64,000 nt of DNA from Candidatus Multivoradales bacterium (GCA_965248925.1 CBDFLE010000006.1:192001-256000); one strand, 5' to 3'; shown: positions 37,120 to 47,933, counted from the first letter of the stretch. The notes: a model not told the origin generated them from the letters alone. Numbers and translations: made by a program.

Positions 37120-38874
37120 TCACCGCGGGAAAGTAACGGTGAAAACCGCCCCGCCACTCGGGCCATCGGCGTAGGTGATCTGCCCGCCGTGAGCCACCGC
37201 CAGGGCTCGTACCAGCACCAGACCCAAGCCAACCCCTTCCGGCCCGTCCGCCGCCACCCCGCGCACGAAAGGACGAAATAGCCGGCGGCGCAGCTGGCGG
37301 GAGATACCACGGCCGTTGTCGGCCACCGATAGGGCCACGGCCTTGGCGCTCGCGGTCAGTGACACCCGGATGCGGCGTCCTTTGATATCGCGGGTGTACT
37401 TCTCAGCATTGTCGAGCAGATTCTGGACGATATGGCTTACCGCATCGCGATCGAAAAGCACCGTCGGCAGGTCGTCGGGGGTCTCCAAGACCACTTCAGC
37501 GCCAGCATGCTGCAAAGCCGGTAGCTGACGAGCATAAGCCGAACGCACCGCTGCGCCGAGATCGCCCCGCTGCGGCCGCACCACCATCCCTTGTCGCTCC
37601 AGGCGGGTGAAGCCGAGTACATTGGTTACTACTCGGCCCAGGCGCTCGGCCTCGCTGGCCAAACGACGTGCATAGTCGCGGGATCGCGCCGGATCACCCA
37701 ACCCCTCGGCCAGCATTTCACTGTACAAACGCAGCCCCGCTAGCGGCGTGCGCAATTCGTGCGCGGCGTGGGCGGCGAAACGAGCACGGTCAGCCGCCAG
37801 GCGCTCGCTCTGGTAGACCATGGTCACCACCAACAGGCCGGCCACGGCCGCCGCCAGGCTACTGAACACAAAGAAACGAAGGAAGCGCGACCAAGCCTGG
37901 CGCGCGAGCCGCTCGGCGTCGACACGCGCGCTGCCAGCGTCGAGCCGCACCCCCCAAGGAGTGCCGGCAATAGCCGCCGTCACCCGGTGTTGCTCCTGCC
38001 CCTTGCGCAGCTCAGCGAGCGGAACTATCTCAGCCTCCTCGGCGTAGCTGAGTTCGGCTTGCAGGGTCGAGCGAGAGACCGCAAAGCCCTGGGTCCAATG
38101 GCCGACCGGAGTGTCGACCGCGCGCAGAGCGACCAAGGTCGGCTGGTCACCGATCAGCAGGCCGTGCCAGCGAAAGGGTCCCAGGGTCACAGCTACCTTG
38201 CCAGTAGCAACCGCCGTCACTGGCCGCTGCCGGCAGCCGTTCCCCGCCGGCGCGGTGGCTTGTTGGCGATACTTCAGATCGGCATAGAGCACATTGGCCA
38301 GCAAGTGCTGCTGCCAATCCTGCCGCGATAGCAGCAGCTCCTCGCCAATCGACTCACTGAGCGGCGTCGCCGCCAGATCGTCGAGCCCACCTTCAGCGGC
38401 GGCGAGGAAGGTCACCACCTCTTCCAAATCCATCATCAAGGCACATTGGGTGGCGTCGGTCGACGGCACCCCGAGTTCGGGGAAGTCATCGTTCAGAGTC
38501 GGCAGGCTCAGCCGACCCCTCTCGTCGACCTGGAAGTGGGCATCGACCAGCGGATGCAATGGCCCTTGGGCCAGGGGCGACACCGTCACCGCGTTTCCCT
38601 GGGCGGCGCCACGGGGGTCGTGGTAGAGGTTTTGGTAGTGGTAGAACGGTCGCCGAGTCTCGATCTCGCGCAGAACCTCGAGTCGCGCCGCCAACCGCTC
38701 AGCTTGCTGGATGGCCAGCTGCTGCATCTTGTTCTCGGCGGTCTTCAGCTCCAACTCGACCTGGCGCTCGACCTGGCGGCTGCCAAACGAATACCAGGCA
38801 CCGGTGGGCACAGTGACCGCGACCGTGGTCAGCAACGCCGCCACGGCGGTGCGGCCAAAGCCCCGCGGTATCAC
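37120..38874 (-). CDS. Sensor histidine kinase
   Basis: Two TMs, HELRTPL, NLLDNAEKY, DNGRG, GVGLGL. GTGA overlap with the regulator gene. Confidence 0.92.
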   Translation of the reverse strand: MIPRGFGRTAVAALLTTVAVTVPTGAWYSFGSRQVERQVELELKTAENKMQQLAIQQAERLAARLEVLREIETRRPFYHYQNLYHDPRGAAQGNAVTVSPLAQGPLHPLVDAHFQVDERGRLSLPTLNDDFPELGVPSTDATQCALMMDLEEVVTFLAAAEGGLDDLAATPLSESIGEELLLSRQDWQQHLLANVLYADLKYRQQATAPAGNGCRQRPVTAVATGKVAVTLGPFRWHGLLIGDQPTLVALRAVDTPVGHWTQGFAVSRSTLQAELSYAEEAEIVPLAELRKGQEQHRVTAAIAGTPWGVRLDAGSARVDAERLARQAWSRFLRFFVFSSLAAAVAGLLVVTMVYQSERLAADRARFAAHAAHELRTPLAGLRLYSEMLAEGLGDPARSRDYARRLASEAERLGRVVTNVLGFTRLERQGMVVRPQRGDLGAAVRSAYARQLPALQHAGAEVVLETPDDLPTVLFDRDAVSHIVQNLLDNAEKYTRDIKGRRIRVSLTASAKAVALSVADNGRGISRQLRRRLFRPFVRGVAADGPEGVGLGLVLVRALAVAHGGQITYADGPSGGAVFTVTFPR

Positions 38875-39554
38875 TTGCGCTCTCCCCAGGCGTAGCCCAC
38901 CCGCGGCACGGTCACGACAATCACTGGCTGGCTGGGGTCGACCTCGATTTTCTGCCGTAACTTGGCGATGGTCATATCGACGGTGCGGGTCTGCAAGGTA
39001 CCCAGCGTGCCCCAAACCTGCTCTAGTAATTCAGCCCGCGACACGCTGCGCTGGCGATGGCGAAAAAGCCAACGCAAGATGCCGACTTCGCGCGCGGTCA
39101 GGGGTGCCTTGACCCCGTTGCGCTCAACGGTGCAGCGGCCGAGGTCAATCGAGCACCCCTCCACCTCGATCATCTCGGGCTCGGCCGGGGCCGCCGCCGC
39201 CCGCCGCCCCAAGGCTTCGACCCGAGCCAGCAGCTCACGGGCGCCAAACGGTTTGGTCACATAGTCGTCGGCACCGCTCTGTAGGCCGCGAACTTTGTCT
39301 TCCTCGGCGCCACGGGCGGTGAGCATCATGATCGGCAACGCCGGCCGCGCTACCCGCAGGCGGCGACAGACCTCAATGCCGTCGAGCTTCGGCAGCATCA
39401 GGTCGAGCAGCACCAAGTCGTAGGCGGTCTCTCGCCCTTCCTGCACCGCCGCGACCCCATCGGCCACCGCCTCGACCTCGTGGCCGGCTCCGCCGAGCAG
39501 GTCCACCAAGCCCTCGCGCAACACTGGATCGTCTTCTACTAGTAGGATTTTCAT
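38871..39554 (-). CDS. OmpR-family response regulator
   Basis: LLVEDD, LLDLMLP, KPF, RTVDMTIAKLRQKIE. Confidence 0.95.
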   Translation of the reverse strand: MKILLVEDDPVLREGLVDLLGGAGHEVEAVADGVAAVQEGRETAYDLVLLDLMLPKLDGIEVCRRLRVARPALPIMMLTARGAEEDKVRGLQSGADDYVTKPFGARELLARVEALGRRAAAAPAEPEMIEVEGCSIDLGRCTVERNGVKAPLTAREVGILRWLFRHRQRSVSRAELLEQVWGTLGTLQTRTVDMTIAKLRQKIEVDPSQPVIVVTVPRVGYAWGERK

Positions 39555-39785
39555 TGCTGCTCTAGCTTAGGTCGCGACCTTCGGCGAGGCCGTAAATCGG
39601 TGGTAAAACAGCCGCTCGACCTCCGTCGCGGCGGCGGATAGAGATTCCCTGTCGACGCTGCCCGCGATCTCCGGTGTACTAGAATACCGCTTCCGGATTC
39701 ACCGATCGAGGCACCGCGACGGCAAACGCGGTGGCCAGGCGACATTCGCCGTCGCCAAAGATTTCCACGGGGGCACGCGAAACCC

Positions 39786-40556
39786 ATGCGCTCACTGCTG
39801 GTCTACTGGCTCTTAATGGCTTTGAAACTGGCGACCAAGCCGTTCTATCGCCAACGCTGGATCTGGGTCGGTGACCTGCCGGCCGAGCCTTGGGGCGACT
39901 ATCGGCTGGTGGCGATCCTCAATCACACCAGTCTTTATGAACCGCTGCTGGCCGGCGGGGTGCCGAATAAATTCTTGCGCCGCATGTCGCAGCACGGGGT
40001 CATACCAGTGGCTAGCATCACCACCTCGCGGCCAATCATCGGTCGCTTCTTCAAGATGTTGGCTTCGAACGTGGTGCCGATCAGCCGCGAACGTGACCGC
40101 ACTTGGGCCGATGTCTTGTCGTCGATCGACCCCGATTCGATGGTGATTATCCTGCCCGAAGGACGGATGAAACGCGCCGACGGGCTAGACAAACACGGCC
40201 GGCCACTCAATCTGCGCGGCGGTATCGTCGAATTGCTCGATGCCTTCGGCGAAGGCAAGCTGCTGCTGGCCTACAGCCACGGTCTGCACCACATCCAGGT
40301 CCCTGGGCAGCCGCTGCCGAAGATCTGGAAGACCATTAATCTGCGCCTGGAAGAGATTGATATCGCCGCCTATCGGCAAATGATCCTGGGCCGCTTGAGT
40401 GATCAGAAGCTCGGCCAGGGAGCTTATCGCCGGGCCATGCTGGCGGACCTCACCGTCCGCCGCGACCACTACTGCGATCCCGCCAACGACGATATCGAAC
40501 TACCGTCCTATTCGGCGCCTGAAGAGCGAATCGCCGGGTTGGCGTCGGCTGACTAG
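39786..40556 (+). CDS. Lysophospholipid acyltransferase family protein
   Basis: NHTSLYE (HX4D-like) and LPEGR. Confidence 0.8.
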   Translation: MRSLLVYWLLMALKLATKPFYRQRWIWVGDLPAEPWGDYRLVAILNHTSLYEPLLAGGVPNKFLRRMSQHGVIPVASITTSRPIIGRFFKMLASNVVPISRERDRTWADVLSSIDPDSMVIILPEGRMKRADGLDKHGRPLNLRGGIVELLDAFGEGKLLLAYSHGLHHIQVPGQPLPKIWKTINLRLEEIDIAAYRQMILGRLSDQKLGQGAYRRAMLADLTVRRDHYCDPANDDIELPSYSAPEERIAGLASAD

Positions 40557-40587
40557 TCTGTCTCGACGCTAGTTTCTCGCCAGTCCA

Positions 40588-42012
40588 CTATTCCTCAGCC
40601 AACGCTGCTTGATCTTCCGCCGAGCCTTGGGCCAGGTAGAGTTCGGCCAGCGCACGCACTTCTAACACTACCTGTTGGCGTAAGCGGCGCAGTTCGGCCA
40701 CCCAGCGGCGGCCGCTACTCAGCAGCAAGTACGCGCGAGCTTGGCGCAACAACAGACTGCGGCGCTCATGGAAACGTAACGCCGCCCAGGCCGCCAAGGG
40801 CATCGTCACCGCTACTAGCAGCACCGTCCAGAGGCCAGCGCGAAAGTACGCCCAACTACTGACTGCTCCCCAGACCAACGGATAGAAAAGCAACGAGCCC
40901 AACACTTTGTAAGTCGCCAGCTGGTCTTCCGTCTGGCCAAAATGTCGCGCCGCCCAGCGAATGCCAAAGAACGGGAAAATATTGACCACCGTGCCGAGCG
41001 CAGCCAACGGTAGGAAAATCAGTAGGGTGAAGAGGCTCACCAGCAGGAAACGCAGCACTCGCCGTGGCGGATAGGTTGACGCCACCTGCGAGTCCTGCAA
41101 TCGGTAGGTGTCGAGGCGCTCGTCGTAGCGACGCACCGCCTCAGTGACCTGGGCGAGACGTTCGGGATGCGATTCACTGAGCTGGCGATAGCCGGTCAAG
41201 AAGGCTCGGTCGAGTTCGAAACGATCCTCGAGCGGTGCTGATCGCGGCACCTCCGTAGCGCTGCCCGAGTAGAGCTCGGCGGCCCGTTCGAGCAATCGAC
41301 CTTCCTCCCAACTCTGGTAGTTGAGGGTGACCTCTCCCAGCGCCTGACGCACCCGCTCGGTGAGCCGGCGCACCGCTTCTCGCGGTTCGCGGCCATAGTG
41401 TTCGAGCTCAGCCGAGATCTGCAGTGGCTGCCCAACCCGCACCAATGCCCGCGAGCGAAAACGCCCCTTGTCATCGAAATTCAGACCCACCGGCACGATC
41501 TGCACCCCGAGTGGTCCAAAACGCTCCTCGGCCTCCAAGACGATCCGGCTGACCCCGGTCTTGAGTTCGATCACCGAGGGCTCATTGTGGCTACGACCCT
41601 CGGGAAAGAGGCCGATCGACCCACCCTCCGCCAAAGCCTCATGGCAACTGGCGAAAGTCTCGGAATTCTTCGACGTATCGACCCCATTATCCTGCCGCCG
41701 ATAGACTGGGATCGCCGACGCCAGTTCCAAAAAAGGCCGCACTACCGGATTTTTCCACAGCGTGCTCTTGGCCAGAAATCGCGGCTGGCCGGGCAGAAAA
41801 CCGAGCAGCAATGCAGGATCCACCAAGCCGTTGCGGTGGTTGCCGACGAACACCAAAGGCCCGCTGTGCGGCACCTGCTCGACACCTACCCGTTGCACTT
41901 GGCGGAAGAAACCGACCAAAAGCAGCTTGGCCAACGTCTCGATCAAGCGCCCGGCCCAGGTCGACGCGATGGCTGCCTTAGCTGCGCTCGTCTGCCCGTT
42001 GTTAGGGTTCAT
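40588..42012 (-). CDS. Glycerolipid acyltransferase with C-terminal TMs
   Basis: NHRNGLVD, FLAK, FPEG. Confidence 0.9.
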   Translation of the reverse strand: MNPNNGQTSAAKAAIASTWAGRLIETLAKLLLVGFFRQVQRVGVEQVPHSGPLVFVGNHRNGLVDPALLLGFLPGQPRFLAKSTLWKNPVVRPFLELASAIPVYRRQDNGVDTSKNSETFASCHEALAEGGSIGLFPEGRSHNEPSVIELKTGVSRIVLEAEERFGPLGVQIVPVGLNFDDKGRFRSRALVRVGQPLQISAELEHYGREPREAVRRLTERVRQALGEVTLNYQSWEEGRLLERAAELYSGSATEVPRSAPLEDRFELDRAFLTGYRQLSESHPERLAQVTEAVRRYDERLDTYRLQDSQVASTYPPRRVLRFLLVSLFTLLIFLPLAALGTVVNIFPFFGIRWAARHFGQTEDQLATYKVLGSLLFYPLVWGAVSSWAYFRAGLWTVLLVAVTMPLAAWAALRFHERRSLLLRQARAYLLLSSGRRWVAELRRLRQQVVLEVRALAELYLAQGSAEDQAALAEE

Positions 42013-42059
42013 AATGATCTTCCTAGCACGGTCTCGTCTTCCGCGGTGCGATAACCAGC

Positions 42060-45000
42060 TCAGCCACCCTCAGGCAATCGGCCGTAGCTACTCTCGCAGG
42101 CCCGATAACGTAGGTCCGCGGCGCTGCGGGACTCACCCAAAAAGCGTCGACGCTGCTCGGCAGTCAGGCAAGCGTTGGTCTGCTGACGCAACAGCTCGAT
42201 CAGCTGCGGCCAGTCCTTCGCCCACAGGGTCCACAACCGCACCGTATGATCGGCCGAGGCGGTGGCGATGGTCTGGCCATCACGGCTGAAGGTAGCGTCC
42301 CAGACTGGACCCCTGTGACCATCGAGATAAATTGGCTCTGCGGACGGGTCTTCTACCCGCCACACCCTGGCTAAACGATCTTGGGAAGCAGTCACCACTC
42401 GACTGCCGTCCGGACTGAGTGCGGCGCTCCACACCAGCGACTCGTGGCCGGAGAAACGGCCCAGCTCGACACCGTTGCCGACCCCGTCCCAAAGCCGCGC
42501 GGTGCGATCGGCCGAGGCACTGAGAATTTTCGAGTCGTCGTGTTGGAAGACCGCGGTCATCACCTGGTTGGAATGCTCACCCACAACCCTCGCGCCACCC
42601 GATCCATCAGTGTTACGCAGGCGCACGGTACGATCCTCGGAAGCCGACAGTATCTGCGCGTCGTCGCGGCTGAAAGCCACATCGCGGACCCAACTCTGGT
42701 GCTCATCGAAGGTCCGCACCAGCGAGCCGTCCCGCCGCCAGATGGCGATGGTGCCGTCGTAGGAAGCCGTGGCCAACAGCCTGCCGTCGTGGCTGAACTT
42801 GACGCTTAGCACCTTGTCCAGATGGCCCTCGAGGACTATCGGCTCGACACCGCCATCGGCCGGCCATATACGAGCCGTGGAATCGTCGGACGCGGTCACC
42901 ACCGAGCGGTCGTCGGGACTGAATTCGGCACTGCGAATGCGCTCCTCATGCCCTTCCAGGACGACTATCGATGTGAGGCTCTCGGTATCCCAAATCCGCG
43001 CCGTATTGTCGGCTGATCCGGAGACCATGTTCTGCCCGCTATGGCTGAATGCAACGCTCCAGACCTGGTCCGAGTGACCGGCTAGAACCCGCGGGTCAGT
43101 CGGCGGCGCGCTGCGCCAAACGCGAGCTGAATCGTCGTCGGAGGCGGTCGCGATCAAGCTGCCGTCAGGGCTGAAGATAGCTCTTTGCACCCAGCCCTCA
43201 TGACCCTCCAAGAAAACTGGCTCGCTGCGGCCATCGGCTTGCCACAAAGCCGCGCTGCCGTCGTGCGAGGCGGTCAAAATCCGGCGATCATCAGCACTGA
43301 AGGCGACGCCCCGCACCCAATCTTCGTGACCCTCGAGCACTACCGGCTCAGCGCCGCCATCGAGCTGCCAGACCCGCGCCGTATTGTCGGCACCGGCGGT
43401 CGCCAAGCGAGTGCCGTCGGCGGAGAAAGCAGCGGTCCAGACCCATCCCCGGTGGCCCTTGAGCTGCTTGCAGGGCCTCGCACCCTCGACCGCGCAAACC
43501 CACACCCGATAGTCCCGCGAGGTGGTCGCCAGATGGCTGCCGTCGGCGCTCCAGACGCCGTCGAGGACCCAGTCATCATGCCTTGAGACTATTCGTGACC
43601 CGCCGTCCGCGATGCTCCACAGGCGAGCGGTACCATCCCTTGAAACCGACAAGATTCGCTGCCCGTCGGGACTGAACCGAGCTTGCAGCACAGGGCCAGT
43701 ATGGCCCTCCAAGACCACCGGCCCATGGTCGCTCCCAAGGCTGTAGAGCAGCACTGTGCCGGCATGGGTAGCGGCGACCAGCTGGCTCCCATCGGGACTG
43801 AAACGGGCGCTGGAGACGGTGGCTCCAGCTGCACCGAGGACAACCGGATCAGTCCCTGATTCGAGTCCCCAGATCCGTACCGTGCCGTCCGCCGAAGCGC
43901 TGGCCAGACGCCTTCCGGCCGGGTCGAACTCGACCGTCAGAACATCCTTTGTATGGCCGCGGAAAACCCGTGGTTTGCCGATACCACTACTACGAAAAAC
44001 CCGGATTGTTGTGTCGTAAGAGGAGGTCGCGATAAGACTGCCGTCGGGACTGAAATCCAATCCCACCACTGGCCCGCGGTGGCCGTAGAGCACCGACCGC
44101 GGAATTGCCCAACCAGCCACCAACCGCGCCTCTCGGGCACCACCTGCGGGTTCTCTTCCGGGCCAGATCGCCGCACTCTCTAGCAGCAGCAGGGTGCGTG
44201 TGACCGGATCCAACAAATCGCTCGAAGCCTCGACAACCAAAGCCGCTCGGCGCTCGGTCGACAGGTGTTTCGAGCGCAAAGATTCGCGCCACGCCAGCAC
44301 CGCTAGCGCCAGGCAGATCAATGCCGCCACCGCCACGCCTTGCAGCATCAACCGTCGCCGCCGAACCTCCCTCGCTTGCTCACCCGCGCGCAAAGTAGTG
44401 CTGTCCTCGATGAACGAACGTTCTTGCTGCAGCTCCTGTGGCCGATCGTCCAGCCATTGCTCGGCTCGGGCCAGGGCGACACCGCGCAACAGGCCGCCGG
44501 GGTCGCGCTCGGTGCCAAGCCACTGCTGTTGAGCCGCTTGCAGGCGCTTACGCCAATGCAGGAACTCGCGATCTTCGTCGAGCCAACCGCGCAGCTTGCC
44601 CCACGAACGGAACAAGGCCTCGTGGGCGACCTCCAACAGCCGCTGCTCGCCTTCGCCGCGGACCACCAACAGTCGAGCCTTGACGAAGCGGTCGAGCACC
44701 GGCTGCAAGTCTTGGGGCAGGTCCCGCCAGCGCGCCGGCCGGCGGGCGAAGTTGCCTTCAGCATTGATTCTCGACATCGCCAGAAAAGCCCTGCTCAGCT
44801 GCTGTTCCCCCTCTGGCCCGAGCTCGGCGGCGGTGAGCACCGCATCGGCAACCCGCGCCACCGCACCGCTCATGCCACCCAAGCGCCGATAGTCCTCGAT
44901 TCGCAGCCGACCGTCGCCGCCAAAGCGCTCCCAGAGTTCGCGCAAAGCGAAGGCCAGCAGGGGCAGAGACTCCTCGCTGCGAGCATCCTCGACCACCGCC

Positions 45001-46310
45001 TCGACCAGGCCAGGCTCCAGCTCCAAGTCGGCCATCCTGGCCGGCTCGACGATGGTCTGCTTGACCCCGGCGGCAGACAACGGTCCGACCGACAGGGTCG
45101 CCGGCCGCAGATCCAACAGAATCGGAGTCTGTTGAAAAATGGTGTAAGAATCCGAGCGCAGAGTCACCAGGATCTGCACTGGAGAACCCGGCTGATCAGC
45201 CACTTGTCGCAGCAGCAGAAGGAAGCGCCCTGCCGGGCTCTCGGCATCGTGGCCAAGCAATTCTTCGAATTGGTCGACCAGCAGCAGCACCCGCGCCTCA
45301 GCCTGCTCTGTGCGCTCGATCAACACTTGCGCCAATTCGACCAGCGGATGGCCATTCGCCATTCGCGACTCGGCGGCAGACAGTGGCGAGGCCGCGGACC
45401 CATCGACCGCTTCACGGAGCAAGTGCAGATAGCGCAACGCCTCGCGGCTACCCACCTTGGCCAAAGCCCGTTCCAGGTCTAGCAGCGGCCCTTGCAGATC
45501 CTGCGTCGCCTGCTCAGCTGGCCCTTCAGCCGGCTCGTGGGAGGCGCCACCCTGCAAGCGCTGGTAAATCCGCTCCTTGGCACCAGCTTGGTCCAGCGCC
45601 TTGGCCAACACTCGGGCCAACTGCCAGAAAGGATCGTCACCGGGCCGCAACGCATCGAGCACCAGCCAATGTTGCCGGTCGCGGCGCAAGCGAGGCAGCA
45701 ACCCAGCGCGCACCAACGACGACTTCCCACTGCCTGAAGCACCGACCACCACCAGCCAACGCCCGTCGCCGAACTGACGCAGCTGTTGCAAGGTTTCGAG
45801 CCCTTTTTGGATCTCGGCATCGCGGCCAAAGAACACCGCCGCGTCGTCTTCTTGAAAGGCCAGAAGACCAGGATAGGGCGGCCGATCGCCCGGCCAGTCG
45901 AAGGCATTGGCCGGGTCGAGCCCGGCCACCACCAGACCCCGCCACAGCCGCCGCCAACCGCTCTCCCGATCGACGGTCAGATCGATCACCTGGCCAGAGG
46001 TCAGCACCGGATCGAGCTCGCAATCATCGATGCGCAGCGGAAACAGCGCCTTGCCCATCGACTTGGCATGGGTGATCTCAGCAAAGCACCAGCGCGACGC
46101 CATCGAGTGCCGGCTGCACAACACCAGCACAGCCCGGCAGGAGCGCAGTTGACGGTAGAGTTCCTGCTCCCAATCGTGACCGGCGGGAATCCCGTCCGCG
46201 GGATCGAAATCGAGGAACACCGAGCGATGCCCCTGCAACTCAAGCTGCCGGCGTACCTCGGTCGCCCACTCAGCGTCCTGACTGCTGTGACTGATGAAGA
46301 TCGAACTCAA
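42060..46310 (-). CDS. TIR + nSTAND1 NTPase + TM + about 15 WD40 repeats (NLR-like)
   Basis: TIR: IFISHS, SRWCFAEI. NTPase: PYPGLLAF, FFGR, GASGSGKSS, VDQFEEL, HEALFRSW. 15 WD40-like repeats counted. Confidence 0.92.
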   Translation of the reverse strand: MSSIFISHSSQDAEWATEVRRQLELQGHRSVFLDFDPADGIPAGHDWEQELYRQLRSCRAVLVLCSRHSMASRWCFAEITHAKSMGKALFPLRIDDCELDPVLTSGQVIDLTVDRESGWRRLWRGLVVAGLDPANAFDWPGDRPPYPGLLAFQEDDAAVFFGRDAEIQKGLETLQQLRQFGDGRWLVVVGASGSGKSSLVRAGLLPRLRRDRQHWLVLDALRPGDDPFWQLARVLAKALDQAGAKERIYQRLQGGASHEPAEGPAEQATQDLQGPLLDLERALAKVGSREALRYLHLLREAVDGSAASPLSAAESRMANGHPLVELAQVLIERTEQAEARVLLLVDQFEELLGHDAESPAGRFLLLLRQVADQPGSPVQILVTLRSDSYTIFQQTPILLDLRPATLSVGPLSAAGVKQTIVEPARMADLELEPGLVEAVVEDARSEESLPLLAFALRELWERFGGDGRLRIEDYRRLGGMSGAVARVADAVLTAAELGPEGEQQLSRAFLAMSRINAEGNFARRPARWRDLPQDLQPVLDRFVKARLLVVRGEGEQRLLEVAHEALFRSWGKLRGWLDEDREFLHWRKRLQAAQQQWLGTERDPGGLLRGVALARAEQWLDDRPQELQQERSFIEDSTTLRAGEQAREVRRRRLMLQGVAVAALICLALAVLAWRESLRSKHLSTERRAALVVEASSDLLDPVTRTLLLLESAAIWPGREPAGGAREARLVAGWAIPRSVLYGHRGPVVGLDFSPDGSLIATSSYDTTIRVFRSSGIGKPRVFRGHTKDVLTVEFDPAGRRLASASADGTVRIWGLESGTDPVVLGAAGATVSSARFSPDGSQLVAATHAGTVLLYSLGSDHGPVVLEGHTGPVLQARFSPDGQRILSVSRDGTARLWSIADGGSRIVSRHDDWVLDGVWSADGSHLATTSRDYRVWVCAVEGARPCKQLKGHRGWVWTAAFSADGTRLATAGADNTARVWQLDGGAEPVVLEGHEDWVRGVAFSADDRRILTASHDGSAALWQADGRSEPVFLEGHEGWVQRAIFSPDGSLIATASDDDSARVWRSAPPTDPRVLAGHSDQVWSVAFSHSGQNMVSGSADNTARIWDTESLTSIVVLEGHEERIRSAEFSPDDRSVVTASDDSTARIWPADGGVEPIVLEGHLDKVLSVKFSHDGRLLATASYDGTIAIWRRDGSLVRTFDEHQSWVRDVAFSRDDAQILSASEDRTVRLRNTDGSGGARVVGEHSNQVMTAVFQHDDSKILSASADRTARLWDGVGNGVELGRFSGHESLVWSAALSPDGSRVVTASQDRLARVWRVEDPSAEPIYLDGHRGPVWDATFSRDGQTIATASADHTVRLWTLWAKDWPQLIELLRQQTNACLTAEQRRRFLGESRSAADLRYRACESSYGRLPEGG

Positions 46311-46381
46311 ACTTGCCCCTCTCCTCCTAAATCACCGTCCACCTCTGATTTCGTTTCCAGATCGAGACCCCAACTCCGCGA

Positions 46382-47050
46382 CTAGCTCGTCTCGGACTCT
46401 AACTCCACCCTCCCGAGCAGCCCAGCCGCCGCCTCGCGAAACGGCCCCGCCCACTCGTGGCCGGCCGCAAAAACGCAGCTCTCGACATTCGCGCCGAGTT
46501 GCTTGAGCACCCCCAGATCGTGGCTCATCTTGGACTCGGTGTACCACTGATCGGCTGTGCCGCGGCCGATCAAGACCGGTGGCAAATAGGGGTGAGATCG
46601 AGCGACATCCGGTGGCACATCACCCGCCAGAACGATCAACCCCTGACTGACATGACGTCCCAAGGCCGCCGCCCTGTAAGCCATCGCCACTCCTTGCGAG
46701 AAACCGGCGAAAACCAGCTGCTCGCCAGCACCGTGCTCACTGCGCAGGAGGTCAATGACACTGGCGACGTAGCTCAGGTTGTCGCTGATCATCAGCTCGC
46801 GATTCTGGCTGGTCATCCAGCTCGCCACCACTTGCCGGCTGCGGCGGTCATAGAAGCGGTGCAGAGCACTGACCGCGATCACCTGCCAGCCCTTGGCTCC
46901 GGGGATCCGGCACAACTGTCCCAAGTGCTGCTCGGCACTCTCGCCATAGCCGTGAAAACCCACCAGTAGCGGCGGGCTCTCACCACACTCGCTGCCCCGT
47001 TCGATCAGGAAACGGCCATGGATGGAGGTCGCGATCGTTTGACTTTGCAA
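46382..47050 (-). CDS. Phospholipase/carboxylesterase (alpha/beta hydrolase)
   Basis: FHGYG, GFSQG, GTAD, GH. Confidence 0.85.
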   Translation of the reverse strand: MQSQTIATSIHGRFLIERGSECGESPPLLVGFHGYGESAEQHLGQLCRIPGAKGWQVIAVSALHRFYDRRSRQVVASWMTSQNRELMISDNLSYVASVIDLLRSEHGAGEQLVFAGFSQGVAMAYRAAALGRHVSQGLIVLAGDVPPDVARSHPYLPPVLIGRGTADQWYTESKMSHDLGVLKQLGANVESCVFAAGHEWAGPFREAAAGLLGRVELESETS

Positions 47051-47073
47051 GATGAATCCTCTCTGAAAGGCGC

Positions 47074-47916
47074 TCAGCTCTGGTCCAACCAGCCGCCGTA
47101 GAGTTCCGGTCGACGGTCGCGAAAAAACAGCTGTCGCGCATGGCTAGCCTGGCACTCAGCGAGGTCGACATCACACAGCAGCAGATCATCTTCGAGCTTG
47201 GCGGCCCGCGCCTGCACCCGGCCAGCGGGGTCGACCACAAACGATTCCCCGGCAAAGGCCAAGGCTCCCTCGATCCCGACTCTATTGCACAGCGCCACGA
47301 AATAGCCGTTTTGAAAAGCAGCGGTGCGAAGCTCGGCCTCATAGAGACCCTCAGGCCACTCGTCGAGGGTGCCAGCCTGCGGAATCGCCACCAAATCGGC
47401 CCCTGCCAGGGCCAGCGCCCGCATGTACTCAGGATAGTGACGGTCATAGCAGATCGCCACCCCAATCTTGCCCACCCGCGTGTCGTAGACCGGCGCCCCA
47501 CGGTCTCCGGGATGGTAGTAGTCCTGCTCGTGAAAACCCTCATAGTCGGTGATGTGTACCATCCGCGTAACACCGAGTAGCGAGCCGTCGGCGTCGAACA
47601 CTGGCGAGCTATCGAAGGTGCGGCCCCGCGAGTCGATCTCGAACAGGTTGAACACCGTCACCAGCTGATGTTGCTGGGCACGCTCAGCCACCCGCTCACA
47701 ACTCGGTCCAGGAATGGTCTCCGCCAGCTCCAGCGCCCCGGCCTCGCCACAGCTGGCGACTTTTTTGAATTGGGGAAAGAAGCGGTCGAGCACCAGCTCG
47801 GGGAAGATCATCAACTCAGCACCGGCCAGGGCGGCACGGTCCATGGCGTCGAGCACCCGCGAGAGGTTCTCGACTCGATCGTCCGACGAGCTGAGCTGGG
47901 CAAGGGCGAGTTTCAT
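47074..47916 (-). CDS. Carbon-nitrogen hydrolase (nitrilase superfamily)
   Basis: FPEL, ICYDRHYPE, NRVG. The usual RKxH motif reads RMVH. Confidence 0.9.
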   Translation of the reverse strand: MKLALAQLSSSDDRVENLSRVLDAMDRAALAGAELMIFPELVLDRFFPQFKKVASCGEAGALELAETIPGPSCERVAERAQQHQLVTVFNLFEIDSRGRTFDSSPVFDADGSLLGVTRMVHITDYEGFHEQDYYHPGDRGAPVYDTRVGKIGVAICYDRHYPEYMRALALAGADLVAIPQAGTLDEWPEGLYEAELRTAAFQNGYFVALCNRVGIEGALAFAGESFVVDPAGRVQARAAKLEDDLLLCDVDLAECQASHARQLFFRDRRPELYGGWLDQS

Positions 47917-47933
47917 GGTCTGCTGCTCTCCAA

